From a virus, in UHGV virus genome UHGV-0018629: a stretch of DNA of 64,000 nt. One strand, 5' to 3'. Positions within the stretch are counted from its first letter, which is position 1, and every line of letters begins with the position of its first letter. The translations under genes and the position numbers were made by a program. Below the pieces are notes generated by a model, which was not told where the DNA came from, ran no database searches, and saw nothing but the letters and a program-made list of their open reading frames with translations. This document shows positions 31,617 to 40,876 of the stretch, in pieces.

Positions 31617-32372
31617 TTATCCTCGGATAAGTTTAAAAATTGAACAATTTAGCGGGTATCCTCTTTTCAGTTTAAGTTTATCAATAAAAGACAAGTTTTG
31701 ATACCGCTCTACACCTTGAATAATTTTATCACACATATCATATTGCATTTCTGCTTCTGACAACTTTTTCACAGTTTTCCAATCAGAGCCTTTAAGAAGA
31801 ACGTTCAATTTAACAACTTCAGTTCCTTCTGCTATACGAGAACCATCAATACGAGCTTTGAGTGCTACAATCGTTAGCTTAATGTCAGAGGTTTGTTTTG
31901 ATTTAGAAAGCTGAGAAATGTGCTCAATTCGGTTTTCACGTTTTTTCTGTATAGCTTTAATTTGATTATAAGTCTTTTTGATTTTAGCCCATTTCTTTTC
32001 ATCTAAATTTAGTTTATGAACTTTTTTCGCAGATGAACGACCAATTCGCAAAGCAAATAAATCACGCTTTTCAATCAACTCTTCTAAAGTATAATCAGAA
32101 CGAAATGTATTGTACTTTTTCTTTACTGCAATAACATTCCCTTTAATGTATCCAACGTTATTATCAAAACGTTCTAATGATAATTTCTCTCCTTCAATAC
32201 GATTATCAAAAGGTTCTCCTGAGTAAGCGCAAACTTTCTGATCTAAAATGTTCTTAATGTAATTGAAGTCTAAGTTAAAATCTTTAGAACGTCTTTTAGC
32301 AGATGCCTGAGTGTGCTCTAGACGACGTGTAATTTTACGAATTTGATTTTTGGACATATTATGCAGTTTCAT
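31617..32372 (-). CDS. srd: Srd-like protein (251 aa; T4 srd position between dda and modA)
   Basis: Basic, lysine-rich ORF MKLHNMSKNQIRKITRRLEHTQASAKRRSKDF...; size matches T4 Srd (250 aa). Confidence 0.55.
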   Translation of the reverse strand: MKLHNMSKNQIRKITRRLEHTQASAKRRSKDFNLDFNYIKNILDQKVCAYSGEPFDNRIEGEKLSLERFDNNVGYIKGNVIAVKKKYNTFRSDYTLEELIEKRDLFALRIGRSSAKKVHKLNLDEKKWAKIKKTYNQIKAIQKKRENRIEHISQLSKSKQTSDIKLTIVALKARIDGSRIAEGTEVVKLNVLLKGSDWKTVKKLSEAEMQYDMCDKIIQGVERYQNLSFIDKLKLKRGYPLNCSIFKLIRG

Positions 32373-32402
32373 ATTTTTCTCACGGACGGGTTAACTACTT
32401 AT

Positions 32403-32431
32403 ACTATAACATTTTTACTTCAGCTTGTAAA
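32403..32431 (-). promoter_or_regulatory. T4 early-type promoter upstream of srd
   Basis: Minus strand GTTTACA-17nt-TATAGT with upstream A/T tract. Confidence 0.45.
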
Positions 32432-32488
32432 CAACTTTATGAAAAATGCTTTAAAACTTTCACGGTATAATGAATCTAAGTCCTTCCA

Positions 32489-33091
32489 TTATAGATTAAA
32501 TCCTTCAAAATCAAGAGTATAGACAGTGTATGTTGAATACTTTTTATACTCGTATCTATCCGCAATTCTAAATACACTTCCAGCTGGTATCATTACTTCT
32601 TGTTCATCTGAAACTAATTCCATATTACGATAGCGATGGCTATCCGGAAATTTAAAACTCGGGCTATATTCTTTACAACGTAAAGCTTTTATAGCATACT
32701 CCTGGAAATTAAACACCATAGGAGCTTTGAATTCAAAAATAATTTGTGTATTGTATTCTAATCCAGAAGCAAAATGTAGAGCTATATTTTTATCATATGA
32801 AGCTGATACGACTTTATCAAATGTAATAATATCAATTCCTTGATTTAACACTTGTTTAGTCTCGACTGGAACACCTCTCCAAAGAGGTTTATCGTTTGGT
32901 TCCAAACGAGATTTGATTATTTCATTTAACCAAGTATGGTCATCTGGCTTATTAGTAATACAATGAATTAAAAGTTCAATTTCAGATAAATTAAACCCTT
33001 CAGAAAGTAATTCTTCACGAATAGAAGCACGCACCGATGCATCCATTGATTTGATTTTAAAATCTTTTAATTGCATTGCTGAGTATTTCAT
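32489..33091 (-). CDS. modA: ADP-ribosyltransferase ModA
   Basis: 200-aa ORF MKYSAMQLKDFKIKSMDASVRASIREELLSEGFNL...; same length as T4 ModA; paralogous to next ORF. Confidence 0.8.
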   Translation of the reverse strand: MKYSAMQLKDFKIKSMDASVRASIREELLSEGFNLSEIELLIHCITNKPDDHTWLNEIIKSRLEPNDKPLWRGVPVETKQVLNQGIDIITFDKVVSASYDKNIALHFASGLEYNTQIIFEFKAPMVFNFQEYAIKALRCKEYSPSFKFPDSHRYRNMELVSDEQEVMIPAGSVFRIADRYEYKKYSTYTVYTLDFEGFNL

Positions 33092-33711
33092 TCAACTACC
33101 TCAATATCATACACTTTAAATGTTCCAAACGAATCGTGTAATTTTTCTTTTGAAATAGAAGTTATTTTATACTTTCCAATTGGAATCATCCATTCTTGTT
33201 CACGTACAATCATCATTAAGTTATCAGTACGTTCTGAATCTAATCCATCTGTATCTTCATATGTATACTTAAACTCAGTATTAGGAGAAGAAAGTATAAT
33301 ATCGCTAATATGGTCAGAATAATTAAAAGCTTTATCAGTTTTTAAACGAAATATTATTTCAGTGGAATATTCAACATAAGAAAAACCACATGCTGTGTGC
33401 AAACTAGTAGTAAATGAATCTACCCTGTTCGTTGAAAACACTTCTCCAACTTGTAAATCTTTAATGAGTTCTTTTGTTGATTTTGATATACCACGATATA
33501 ACTGATAAGGTGATTTAGTTAAATGCTTTTTAACGATTTTATTCAACTGCCGATGAAGAGCTTCATTCTTTTTGGCTTCCATACATTGCCAAAGAATTGA
33601 CTGTTCAAAGTCAGTAAATTTTTCACAGACCTTTTTATACATATCATATTGAAAATCGACGCTTTCAGCTTTTATAGATAACTGTTCAACATCTGCAGGA
33701 TTAATAATCAT
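33088..33711 (-). CDS. modB: ADP-ribosyltransferase ModB
   Basis: 207-aa ORF, paralog of ModA (shared ..LWRG/LYRG..., EIIF.K... pattern); same length as T4 ModB. Confidence 0.8.
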   Translation of the reverse strand: MIINPADVEQLSIKAESVDFQYDMYKKVCEKFTDFEQSILWQCMEAKKNEALHRQLNKIVKKHLTKSPYQLYRGISKSTKELIKDLQVGEVFSTNRVDSFTTSLHTACGFSYVEYSTEIIFRLKTDKAFNYSDHISDIILSSPNTEFKYTYEDTDGLDSERTDNLMMIVREQEWMIPIGKYKITSISKEKLHDSFGTFKVYDIEVVE

Positions 33712-33778
33712 GATAGCCTCCGTATACTTCAGAAGCTATCATATCATTGTTAGGAAGGAAAGTAAACAACTTTTTGAA

Positions 33779-33961
33779 TTATTTTGCCCAGGGAGCCCAG
33801 GGCGGAGGGTCAAGATGGTATGAAGCTAGTTCTTCTAGAAGAGCATCTGGGGCTTCAATTCCATAATTCTGTAATACTATACGGTACTCTTTCTTATAAT
33901 CACTAGAATCATTCTGGATATTCGTAGAATGATTATCTTCTAACATCTCAAATAAATCCAT
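33779..33961 (-). CDS. hypothetical protein (60 aa)
   Basis: Acidic ORF MDLFEMLEDNHSTNIQNDSSDYKKEYRIVLQNYGIEAPDALLEELASYHLDPPPWAPWAK. Confidence 0.4.
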   Translation of the reverse strand: MDLFEMLEDNHSTNIQNDSSDYKKEYRIVLQNYGIEAPDALLEELASYHLDPPPWAPWAK

Positions 33962-33969
33962 ATTAATTC

Positions 33970-34440
33970 CTAACGATAAAAACCAAAATGACGATTAGCT
34001 TCAATAATCTTTCTTTCTTCTTCGGACATTCTCCAGCGTAGTCCAACATCAAAATGAGCCCAGACCATCTTAACAAATGCATTTATATCTTTAATATCTT
34101 CAATAATGAATGTTTTACTTTTAGAAGGTTGACTAACTAATTTAACTTTATCGTCTTCAAACAGGTCAAAAAGACCATATTCATGAGCTCTTTTATAGCC
34201 TTTAATAGTTAAAGCTTCAGAAGAAGAAAACGGTGAATCAGTATTCTGCAAAATATCTTCAGTATGCTTTATAATTAGAATAATATTTTCTGGGTATTTT
34301 CTTTCTTTTATATCTTTAATTAAAATATCCGGATTTTCTGCTAAAGGAATAATTAATGAGCACTTTTTATCAAGTGTATTTACTGATTTACCTTCTTTAG
34401 ACATAAATTCTATTGAATAATGTTTTGCTACTTCAATCAT
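33970..34440 (-). CDS. hypothetical protein (156 aa)
   Basis: [56 protein letters not shown]... Confidence 0.5.
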   Translation of the reverse strand: MIEVAKHYSIEFMSKEGKSVNTLDKKCSLIIPLAENPDILIKDIKERKYPENIILIIKHTEDILQNTDSPFSSSEALTIKGYKRAHEYGLFDLFEDDKVKLVSQPSKSKTFIIEDIKDINAFVKMVWAHFDVGLRWRMSEEERKIIEANRHFGFYR

Positions 34441-34593
34441 GTGATTTCCTCTTGCCTACTAATGGGCCGTCAGGAATTTTGTTTTCCTGGATATATTTCT
34501 CATTTTCTTCCATCATTTTACTGCCAATTTTAAGAAGCAAATCCATTGCTTCATTTGCTTTAGCTTTAGCCTCTTCTAGCGTCATATCTCTGT

Positions 34594-34797
34594 TCATGAT
34601 TTATCCCCATAGATGTCTCTCATCAATTTAAGCGCTGAGCGTTCTAATTTCTTTTCTTTCTCAGCACTAATCATTGATTTCATCCATTCTTCCGATTCGT
34701 TCTGCATTTCTTTATTTGCCTGTTCAACCCAACCATCATCAATATACATTGAGTTTGGTCTACTGAACCATTCAAGCATCTTCTTCAGAACTTTCAT
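34594..34797 (-). CDS. hypothetical protein (67 aa)
   Basis: [70 protein letters not shown]. Confidence 0.4.
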   Translation of the reverse strand: MKVLKKMLEWFSRPNSMYIDDGWVEQANKEMQNESEEWMKSMISAEKEKKLERSALKLMRDIYGDKS

Positions 34798-35269
34798 TTG
34801 TTTTACCTAAAATAACAGTAGGAACATCATCAAATTCATGAATTTTTAGCAAATTTGGATGTAAACTATTCCATACAGAAGAAATAAAGTATGATAAAGC
34901 ATCTTCACTCGCAATTATAAATTTATTTCCTTTATCTATTTTCCAACTATATACTGAATCATACGAATAGAAAGATAAAGGATTATCATTATATTGTTCT
35001 GCGCTAACATTAATGTATTCTGATTTAGTAAATGCTTCAATTGCTCTAAATGGAATATTTGGTACAGTTTCAATAATTCCGATCTTTTTAAGTTTTATTT
35101 CAGCATCTTCTGGAACTGGCATTGAAACGAAATTTTCTACGAGATACATTGGGTCACAATAACCCTTATCAATCATTACTGCTACGGTAATTGGAACGTC
35201 TTTAGCAAACGACAAACTATTACTGCTAATATACATTTCAAACAAAATCGCTTCCATAATTTTCCTCAA
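34772..35269 (-). CDS. hypothetical protein (Mrh-like position, ~161-165 aa)
   Basis: [50 protein letters not shown]... Confidence 0.45.
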   Translation of the reverse strand: MRKIMEAILFEMYISSNSLSFAKDVPITVAVMIDKGYCDPMYLVENFVSMPVPEDAEIKLKKIGIIETVPNIPFRAIEAFTKSEYINVSAEQYNDNPLSFYSYDSVYSWKIDKGNKFIIASEDALSYFISSVWNSLHPNLLKIHEFDDVPTVILGKTNESSEEDA

Positions 35270-35604
35270 TCACAAGATGTAGATGAACAACTAGAATCAC
35301 AAGAACTTCCACACGAATCGCCCATCCATACATGAACAGGAACATTAGTATCATATGAATCAGAACTAGACTGTGTATTCTGCGTATTAGATGATGTAGG
35401 TATTGACCAGCGCCAAGGATTTTTATAATATTCCTGGGCTTCTTCATAAGTCATAGTAACTGCTTCTACTGTTCCATCTCCCATATAAACATATTCAACT
35501 ACAGTTAAAGGGAGGTAGTCATTTGAAATAGGAACTACACCTTCTCCGGGAGTCGTAGAGAAAAAATCCGTAAAGAAACTTTTAAACCAATTAAAGATAA
35601 ACAT
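35266..35604 (-). CDS. hypothetical protein with Ser/Cys-rich C-terminal tail (112 aa)
   Basis: ORF ends ...[20 protein letters not shown]; also a 69-codon ORF in another frame (35238..35447), judged spurious. Confidence 0.5.
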   Translation of the reverse strand: MFIFNWFKSFFTDFFSTTPGEGVVPISNDYLPLTVVEYVYMGDGTVEAVTMTYEEAQEYYKNPWRWSIPTSSNTQNTQSSSDSYDTNVPVHVWMGDSCGSSCDSSCSSTSCD

Positions 35605-35816
35605 TACAAAAAGCCTCTTTGAAATTCGACTCTTTGAAATCCACCCCAGTCAGTGTATCGCATTTCAGCATTGAACTCGACTGAACCATCTGCATGCATC
35701 ATGAATGAATGCGTGACGATATCACAATCCCAGCTTTTCATACCCCATTTATCAGAGATAGCTTTATCAAGAACCTTCTGGAGGTCTTCATTTGGTTTAA
35801 TCCAACGATTTAACAT
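35604..35816 (-). CDS. hypothetical protein (70 aa)
   Basis: ORF MLNRWIKPNEDLQKVLDKAISDKWGMKSWDCDIVTHSFMMHADGSVEFNAEMRYTDWGGFQRVEFQRGFL. Confidence 0.5.
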   Translation of the reverse strand: MLNRWIKPNEDLQKVLDKAISDKWGMKSWDCDIVTHSFMMHADGSVEFNAEMRYTDWGGFQRVEFQRGFL

Positions 35817-35842
35817 AGTGCTCTCCTCTATAAGATAATTCT

Positions 35843-35872
35843 ATTATACCACACTTGTTTTGGAAAGTAAAC
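35843..35872 (-). promoter_or_regulatory. T4 early-type promoter
   Basis: Minus strand GTTTAC-17nt-TGGTATAAT. Confidence 0.45.
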
Positions 35873-35880
35873 CGGTAAAA

Positions 35881-35908
35881 TGAAAAAAGGACTCCCGAAG
35901 GAGTCCTT
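35881..35908 (-). terminator. rho-independent terminator after soc
   Basis: GGACTCC-UUCG-GGAGUCC stem-loop followed by UUUUUU on the minus-strand transcript. Confidence 0.55.
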
Positions 35909-35914
35909 GAATTA

Positions 35915-36160
35915 TTAACCACCAGTTACTTTCCACAAATCTTCGTTTGCAGTAATCCATGCATCACGTTGATTTTCTTCGTATACAGTAGTATATGCTG
36001 CTTTTTCTGAAGGGAATGTCTGGTAATGAGCGCCAGAAATTTTGTGAACGTCAGAATAAAGAGGGAAAGCTACAGAAATTTCCTTTCCTTCAATTTTCTT
36101 ATTTCCATCTAATTTCTGCTCAAATGTTTTAATATTAACATAACCGCGAGTACTAGCCAT
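35915..36160 (-). CDS. soc: small outer capsid protein Soc
   Basis: 81-aa ORF MASTRGYVNIKTFEQKLDGNKKIEGKEISVAFPLYSDVHKISGAHYQTFPSEKAAYTTVYEEN...; matches T4 Soc. Confidence 0.9.
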   Translation of the reverse strand: MASTRGYVNIKTFEQKLDGNKKIEGKEISVAFPLYSDVHKISGAHYQTFPSEKAAYTTVYEENQRDAWITANEDLWKVTGG

Positions 36161-36190
36161 GTAATTCTCCTTTTATTTAAATTACATGAC

Positions 36191-36198
36191 TATTTATA
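36191..36198 (-). promoter_or_regulatory. T4-type late promoter TATAAATA for soc
   Basis: Reverse complement of tatttata, about 30 nt upstream of soc ATG. Confidence 0.5.
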
Positions 36199-36232
36199 AT
36201 AAATTCTCACAGCTTTTAAGCCGTCGTTTATA

Positions 36233-36751
36233 TTAATAACCTCGGTCTTGACGAGCGAAGTTTTCAGCATTTTTCAGATAATAAAGTTTAAAGATTTCTT
36301 CAGCCGTAAGACCGAGACCTTGGAACATGTTCAGAACGAAATGAAGAATATCAATCATTTCGAATTTAATTTCCAACTGGTCTTGTGGAGACAAATCAGT
36401 AATTAAAGTTTCACGGCGTTCACCATGCTGTGACTTCCAAGGTTTCCATACAGCAGATGCATCTTTTTCACCATTGCTCATACCACCAAGAGAAGTCAGT
36501 AGTTCGCGGAATTCATCATCAATATAATCTTTCTGATTACGCAACCAATCAACAACTTCGCCTGCGGTAGCCAAATCATCAGGATGACGGTTATATTCAG
36601 GTTTATCTTTAGCTAAACGAACCTGCAGAGATTTCTGCATATCAAGCATAACCTGCAGTGGGTCTTTTTCATCACCGAGAATATCCCAGTATTCATTTTG
36701 AGCTTTATCAGCGCCTTCAATCAGTTGTGAACATTCATTAAAGTATGCCAT
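36233..36751 (-). CDS. 56: dCTPase/dCDPase gp56 (MazG-like NTP pyrophosphohydrolase)
   Basis: ORF track 203 aa; T4 gp56 is ~171 aa starting MAHFNEC, so start at internal ATG 36751 (MAYFNECSQLIEG...). Confidence 0.85.
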   Translation of the reverse strand: MAYFNECSQLIEGADKAQNEYWDILGDEKDPLQVMLDMQKSLQVRLAKDKPEYNRHPDDLATAGEVVDWLRNQKDYIDDEFRELLTSLGGMSNGEKDASAVWKPWKSQHGERRETLITDLSPQDQLEIKFEMIDILHFVLNMFQGLGLTAEEIFKLYYLKNAENFARQDRGY

Positions 36752-36822
36752 TATTTTTCCTTTCAATTCATGGGTTAGTAGATTAATTATACAATAAATA
36801 TATAAAGCAATAAGGAGGACAT

Positions 36823-37023
36823 ATGGTACAAAAATTAATGGCACTTATTAATGCCATAAAAGGTAATAAAAAACGTATAGCTTTTACTATTTCTGCTATG
36901 GTAGGAATTTTACTCTGGAACTTTATTTTATCACCAATTGCAATTGCGCATGGTGTTAATATTCCAGTAGTTACTCTTGATACATTCGTAGATTTAGCAT
37001 TTGCTTTAGTTGGGCTAATTTAA
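36823..37023 (+). CDS. hypothetical small hydrophobic protein (66 aa), plus strand, convergent with gene 61
   Basis: ATG preceded by SD AAGGAGG; stop TAA overlaps gene 61 stop in TTAA; the only plus-strand ORF with a good RBS in the minus-strand early block. Confidence 0.3.
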   Translation: MVQKLMALINAIKGNKKRIAFTISAMVGILLWNFILSPIAIAHGVNIPVVTLDTFVDLAFALVGLI

Positions 37024-38048
37024 ATCTTGGCATATTTAGATAGCCGCATTTTAGCCATTAACCCCTGGGCAATATTATTTTTCATATATTCCATAATTTG
37101 TTCAGGGGTTGCACCTTCCTTTCTAATCATATCATTAACATCTTTAGATTTCCAGGGAGATTTATCCCAAAACATAACCCTTTCTCCTGCATTGACTAAT
37201 TTAGTCATTCGCTTAATTGTATCAGGATGCCGAGGTTCATTATCTAAGACCCACACACGTCTATCTTTAAATGGAACAACTTCTAGGTCTAATTGACCAC
37301 CCGTAATGGCTATACCATTTTCAATAAAAAGTGAATCGATAGGTCCTTCTAGAACATATACATCACCATCTTTAACTCGTTCAACACCGTAAATTTTTGT
37401 TGCCTCAGGATAAGCTTTGATAGTGATATATTTTTGAGGAGCATCTTTCTTTAATGCACGTCCTTGAAAAGACTCAGCTTTTCCGTTAGCGTTATAAATT
37501 GGAATAACAAGACGAGGCTCAGGTATTTCCTTTTTGTATGTTCCTGGAGCTATGCTATTAACTAATTTAGGCCATTCAGTTGTAAACCAAAGATATTTCC
37601 ATTTATCCTTTGGAATACAACGAGCTTTTACATATTTTATAATTGGATGGTCTTCCGCCAGTTTATCTAATCTAATGCATGACGGAAGAGATTTAATTAT
37701 TTTCTTCTCAGGTTGTTTAGGAAGTTCTTTAGGTTTTTCTACTGGACGACTTTTACCTTTTTCTTTTCTTATTTCAAAGATATACTCACGATATAAATCA
37801 GGTTCAAACTCCTTTAAATATATTCCAATTGGTGCATGATAGTTACAGTTATAACAATGAATATTTCCTTCATTATTATCACCGTAATACCATCCACGGG
37901 CTTTATTTTGATCGGTTTTTGAATCTCCACAAACAGGACATCTAAACCGTAATTTAAAAGTTGAACTATTATTTACTTGTGTGAATTTAGGTAAATGAGC
38001 TAATGCACGGTATGCAAACTCATTATCAATCCAAGGTATTGATGACAT
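37020..38048 (-). CDS. 61: DNA primase gp61
   Basis: 342-aa ORF MSSIPWIDNEFAYRALAHLPKF... with zinc ribbon CPVCGDS...CYNC; same length as T4 gp61. Confidence 0.92.
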   Translation of the reverse strand: MSSIPWIDNEFAYRALAHLPKFTQVNNSSTFKLRFRCPVCGDSKTDQNKARGWYYGDNNEGNIHCYNCNYHAPIGIYLKEFEPDLYREYIFEIRKEKGKSRPVEKPKELPKQPEKKIIKSLPSCIRLDKLAEDHPIIKYVKARCIPKDKWKYLWFTTEWPKLVNSIAPGTYKKEIPEPRLVIPIYNANGKAESFQGRALKKDAPQKYITIKAYPEATKIYGVERVKDGDVYVLEGPIDSLFIENGIAITGGQLDLEVVPFKDRRVWVLDNEPRHPDTIKRMTKLVNAGERVMFWDKSPWKSKDVNDMIRKEGATPEQIMEYMKNNIAQGLMAKMRLSKYAKI

Positions 38049-38050
38049 TT

Positions 38051-38215
38051 TTACTCTTCTTTTTCTTTAGATTCCTCTTTTTTCTTTTTAGGAATCTGTT
38101 CAGGACCTTTATTTACTATAGCGCCTGACGTTGTTCCAGTGGAGATATTTTCAGGATTACCACCTGAATCTCCAGCGACCATATCTTCTTTGATAAATTC
38201 TTTATACGTTTTCAT
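38051..38215 (-). CDS. hypothetical protein (61.1-like position, 54 aa)
   Basis: Unlisted ORF MKTYKEFIKEDMVAGDSGGNPENISTGTTSGAIVNKGPEQIPKKKKEESKEKEE. Confidence 0.45.
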   Translation of the reverse strand: MKTYKEFIKEDMVAGDSGGNPENISTGTTSGAIVNKGPEQIPKKKKEESKEKEE

Positions 38216-38216
38216 A

Positions 38217-38573
38217 TTAACCTCTATTCATAAAAGCATTAAAAATTTGGTCATCAATAGATGGAATAGCAACCTTTTCTACATCATTTAACAAATCATT
38301 AATTTCATCAGATAGCATAACGCATGTACCTTTATTTCCTGTAATTGTTACTGCACAATTACGAACGTTTTCTTTATCAAATTTTAGGTTAATATTTTCG
38401 TAGTGAAAATCTTTTAATGCCGAATATATTTTTAAAATGAAATTGTCTTTTACTACAATAAACCCAACTTCACTATTAAAACGCGGTTCATGGAAACTGT
38501 AATAAACCTTTTCATCTATAAAATCGTATGAAATTTTTTCCATTTTTAAATATGAAAATTCAGAACTATACAT
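38217..38573 (-). CDS. hypothetical protein (118 aa)
   Basis: ORF MYSSEFSYLKMEKISYDFIDEKVYYSFHEPRFNSEVGFIVVKDNF... Confidence 0.5.
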   Translation of the reverse strand: MYSSEFSYLKMEKISYDFIDEKVYYSFHEPRFNSEVGFIVVKDNFILKIYSALKDFHYENINLKFDKENVRNCAVTITGNKGTCVMLSDEINDLLNDVEKVAIPSIDDQIFNAFMNRG

Positions 38574-38585
38574 ACTAACCTCTAA

Positions 38586-38879
38586 TTACTCACCTACCAC
38601 TTCAGCGATGATATTTTTATTATTAAAGTTTTTATCGCAATACAGAACATAATTATACTGCATTACTCCACCAGATTTAAGCTGTTTTTGCACTTCGGCT
38701 TTCATTTCAGGACGATCGCGCTCAACAATATTCATAATATCTGCTTCAATTTGAGTTTCAACTTCAGTCTGATCTGCAGTCATAGACCATTCACACAAAT
38801 CTTTGTCATAACCCGCCATAGCAGGCTGAGCAGCACAAGAAGATAAAGCAAAAATTGTAGCAAAGATAAATTTTTTCAT
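38586..38879 (-). CDS. sp: Spackle (Sp) periplasmic superinfection-exclusion protein
   Basis: 97-aa ORF with signal peptide MKKFIFATIFALSSCAAQPAMA; size and position match T4 sp (61.3). Confidence 0.75.
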   Translation of the reverse strand: MKKFIFATIFALSSCAAQPAMAGYDKDLCEWSMTADQTEVETQIEADIMNIVERDRPEMKAEVQKQLKSGGVMQYNYVLYCDKNFNNKNIIAEVVGE

Positions 38880-38939
38880 GATAATCTCCTCAGTAGTTTA
38901 TGTTTATATAGTATCTCAATTTCCAATAAAAGTAAACAG

Positions 38940-39239
38940 CTATTTTAAAACTTCTGCATAATCACATGTTACAAACTGTTTCTCTAACTTGACGATTTTA
39001 CGAAAGTATCTTTTGCATTGGCGAATCTGCCGCTTTGTAGGGCGCACAGCAAACTTAATAAATTCAACTCGACCAAATGGAGGGCTTTCTTCTGCCGGAA
39101 TATCTAATACTAATTCCCACGTATCTGCAATAAGTGCTTTGAATTGTGTATTTTTCCTGACGTTATACGGAGTAGGTTTAAATAAAACAATATGCATATT
39201 ATCCTCGGCAATCCACTTCACATACTTTCTTGTCATCAA
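38940..39239 (-). CDS. hypothetical protein (61.4-like position, 99 aa)
   Basis: Basic ORF MMTRKYVKWIAEDNMHIVLFKPTPYNVRKNTQFKALIADTWELVLD... Confidence 0.5.
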   Translation of the reverse strand: MMTRKYVKWIAEDNMHIVLFKPTPYNVRKNTQFKALIADTWELVLDIPAEESPPFGRVEFIKFAVRPTKRQIRQCKRYFRKIVKLEKQFVTCDYAEVLK

Positions 39240-39381
39240 TGAAAGCTTTAACTAATGCTTTATTAACTTCAGCATATTGGGTAGTAGCCCATTGAACGTC
39301 ATCTTTCATCATTGTGATTTCTTTAGTAAACATGCTTTCGTTCTTAAACCACCCCATAAAAACTACCTTTACCAATTCCAT
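39199..39381 (-). CDS. dmd: Dmd (discriminator of mRNA degradation; antitoxin against RnlA/LsoA)
   Basis: 60-aa ORF MELVKVVFMGWFKNESMFTKEITMMKDDVQWATTQYAEVNKALVKAFIDDKKVCEVDCRG; matches T4 Dmd. Confidence 0.8.
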   Translation of the reverse strand: MELVKVVFMGWFKNESMFTKEITMMKDDVQWATTQYAEVNKALVKAFIDDKKVCEVDCRG

Positions 39382-39410
39382 AACAATCTCCTCATTTAAC
39401 CAACAAGACT

Positions 39411-39439
39411 ACTATACCATAGTCTTGTCAGCTTGTAAA
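39411..39439 (-). promoter_or_regulatory. T4 early-type promoter between genes 41 and dmd
   Basis: Minus strand GTTTACA-17nt-TGGTATAGT. Confidence 0.45.
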
Positions 39440-40867
39440 CTAAAATTTTAATTCATTTGCCAAAGCATCTAACTGAGCTCGAGCGGATTCGTTTCTTTGA
39501 TAGCGGTTCTGTTCAGCTTGAATCTGCTGTGAACCTGCTACTTCATTCACTTCAGTTGGAGTAGAATCTTGTTCAATTTCTACCCATTTTTGATTTCCTT
39601 TTTGAACACCCATTAAAAACTTATTCCATTTATTCTTATCACCATATCGTGATTTGATTTGCTTAATGAGTTGCTGTTCAGCTGCTGCTAACTCCTCGGT
39701 TTCAATAACTGCAAGCATAAAATCGGCTGTCGCTGGAAGACCGGCAGATTCTGCGATATCACTCATGTTAACATCAGAAGAGTCCCAAGCTTGCTTACCA
39801 ACCTGTGCTGCAGTCCAAAGAACAGTTTCGGTTTCAACAGCCAGAGCACGTAATTCCTCTGCAATAGCTTTAACAGTTGTGTAACTATTTTCTGAATAAA
39901 CTCGGATGCGGCAAGATTTACAAATACCCAGATAGTCGACAATAATGATTGTTGGAACAAAATTCTTCTTGAGCTTCAATTCATTCAAGAGAGACCTGAA
40001 TGTGTTAGCATCTGCTCCACCAGTAGGATACTGTTTAACAATTAAACGTCCAAGAGTAGATTTCTCACGCCATTTTTCCATTTTTCCTTTATACTCAGCG
40101 TAAGAAATATGCCCATCATCAATGTCATCAAGAGAAACATCAAGCATATTAGCATCAATACGCTTAGCACAGACTTCTTCAGCCATTTCCATGGAAATGT
40201 AAAGAACATTATGTCCAAGCTGTAAATAATCCGCTGCTAGTGAACACAATCCTAATGACTTACCAACGTTAACGCCAGCCATTAAAACATTTAGTGTTCC
40301 AGTCTCAGCTCCGCCTTTAGTAATTTTGTTAAGAATTTTGAGTTTAAATGGAACCTTACGAGCTTTATTCATATAAGATAGCCAACGTGCTTCATAGTCA
40401 TCCATCCAATCATGACCAACGTAACTATCAAATGAAATTGATAATGCTTGTCGCATGATGTCAGGAATAGCACCAACATCCGGCATTTTCTTATTTCGTT
40501 TTTCCGGAGGAAGCTCAGCATTGGTTTGAATTTCAATTATTTTAGACGTAGCATTAAACATCGCCCTTTGCTGAACATATTTTTCTGTTTCTTTTACTAA
40601 CCAGCTGTGGTCTTCAGGAGAATCAGCCAGTTTTGAAATAAGTGTTTTTACACCAGAATATTCTGTTTCAGTAAATGAACTATTTTCTAATGCAACATTT
40701 AACGCATTAATAGATGGAACGCTATGATACTCATTGACATGAGATTTAATTAATTTAAACGTATTTTTAGCTGGACCACTTTCAAAATATTCTGAATCCA
40801 TATATGGCCAAACTTTTGAAAAATAAGCTTGATCAAATATGAGATGAGAAAGAATAATTTCTACCAC
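39440..40867 (-). CDS. 41: replicative DNA helicase gp41 (DnaB-like)
   Basis: 475-aa ORF with Walker A GVNVGKS; same length as T4 gp41. Confidence 0.92.
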   Translation of the reverse strand: MVEIILSHLIFDQAYFSKVWPYMDSEYFESGPAKNTFKLIKSHVNEYHSVPSINALNVALENSSFTETEYSGVKTLISKLADSPEDHSWLVKETEKYVQQRAMFNATSKIIEIQTNAELPPEKRNKKMPDVGAIPDIMRQALSISFDSYVGHDWMDDYEARWLSYMNKARKVPFKLKILNKITKGGAETGTLNVLMAGVNVGKSLGLCSLAADYLQLGHNVLYISMEMAEEVCAKRIDANMLDVSLDDIDDGHISYAEYKGKMEKWREKSTLGRLIVKQYPTGGADANTFRSLLNELKLKKNFVPTIIIVDYLGICKSCRIRVYSENSYTTVKAIAEELRALAVETETVLWTAAQVGKQAWDSSDVNMSDIAESAGLPATADFMLAVIETEELAAAEQQLIKQIKSRYGDKNKWNKFLMGVQKGNQKWVEIEQDSTPTEVNEVAGSQQIQAEQNRYQRNESARAQLDALANELKF

Positions 40868-40876
40868 ACTTACTCC

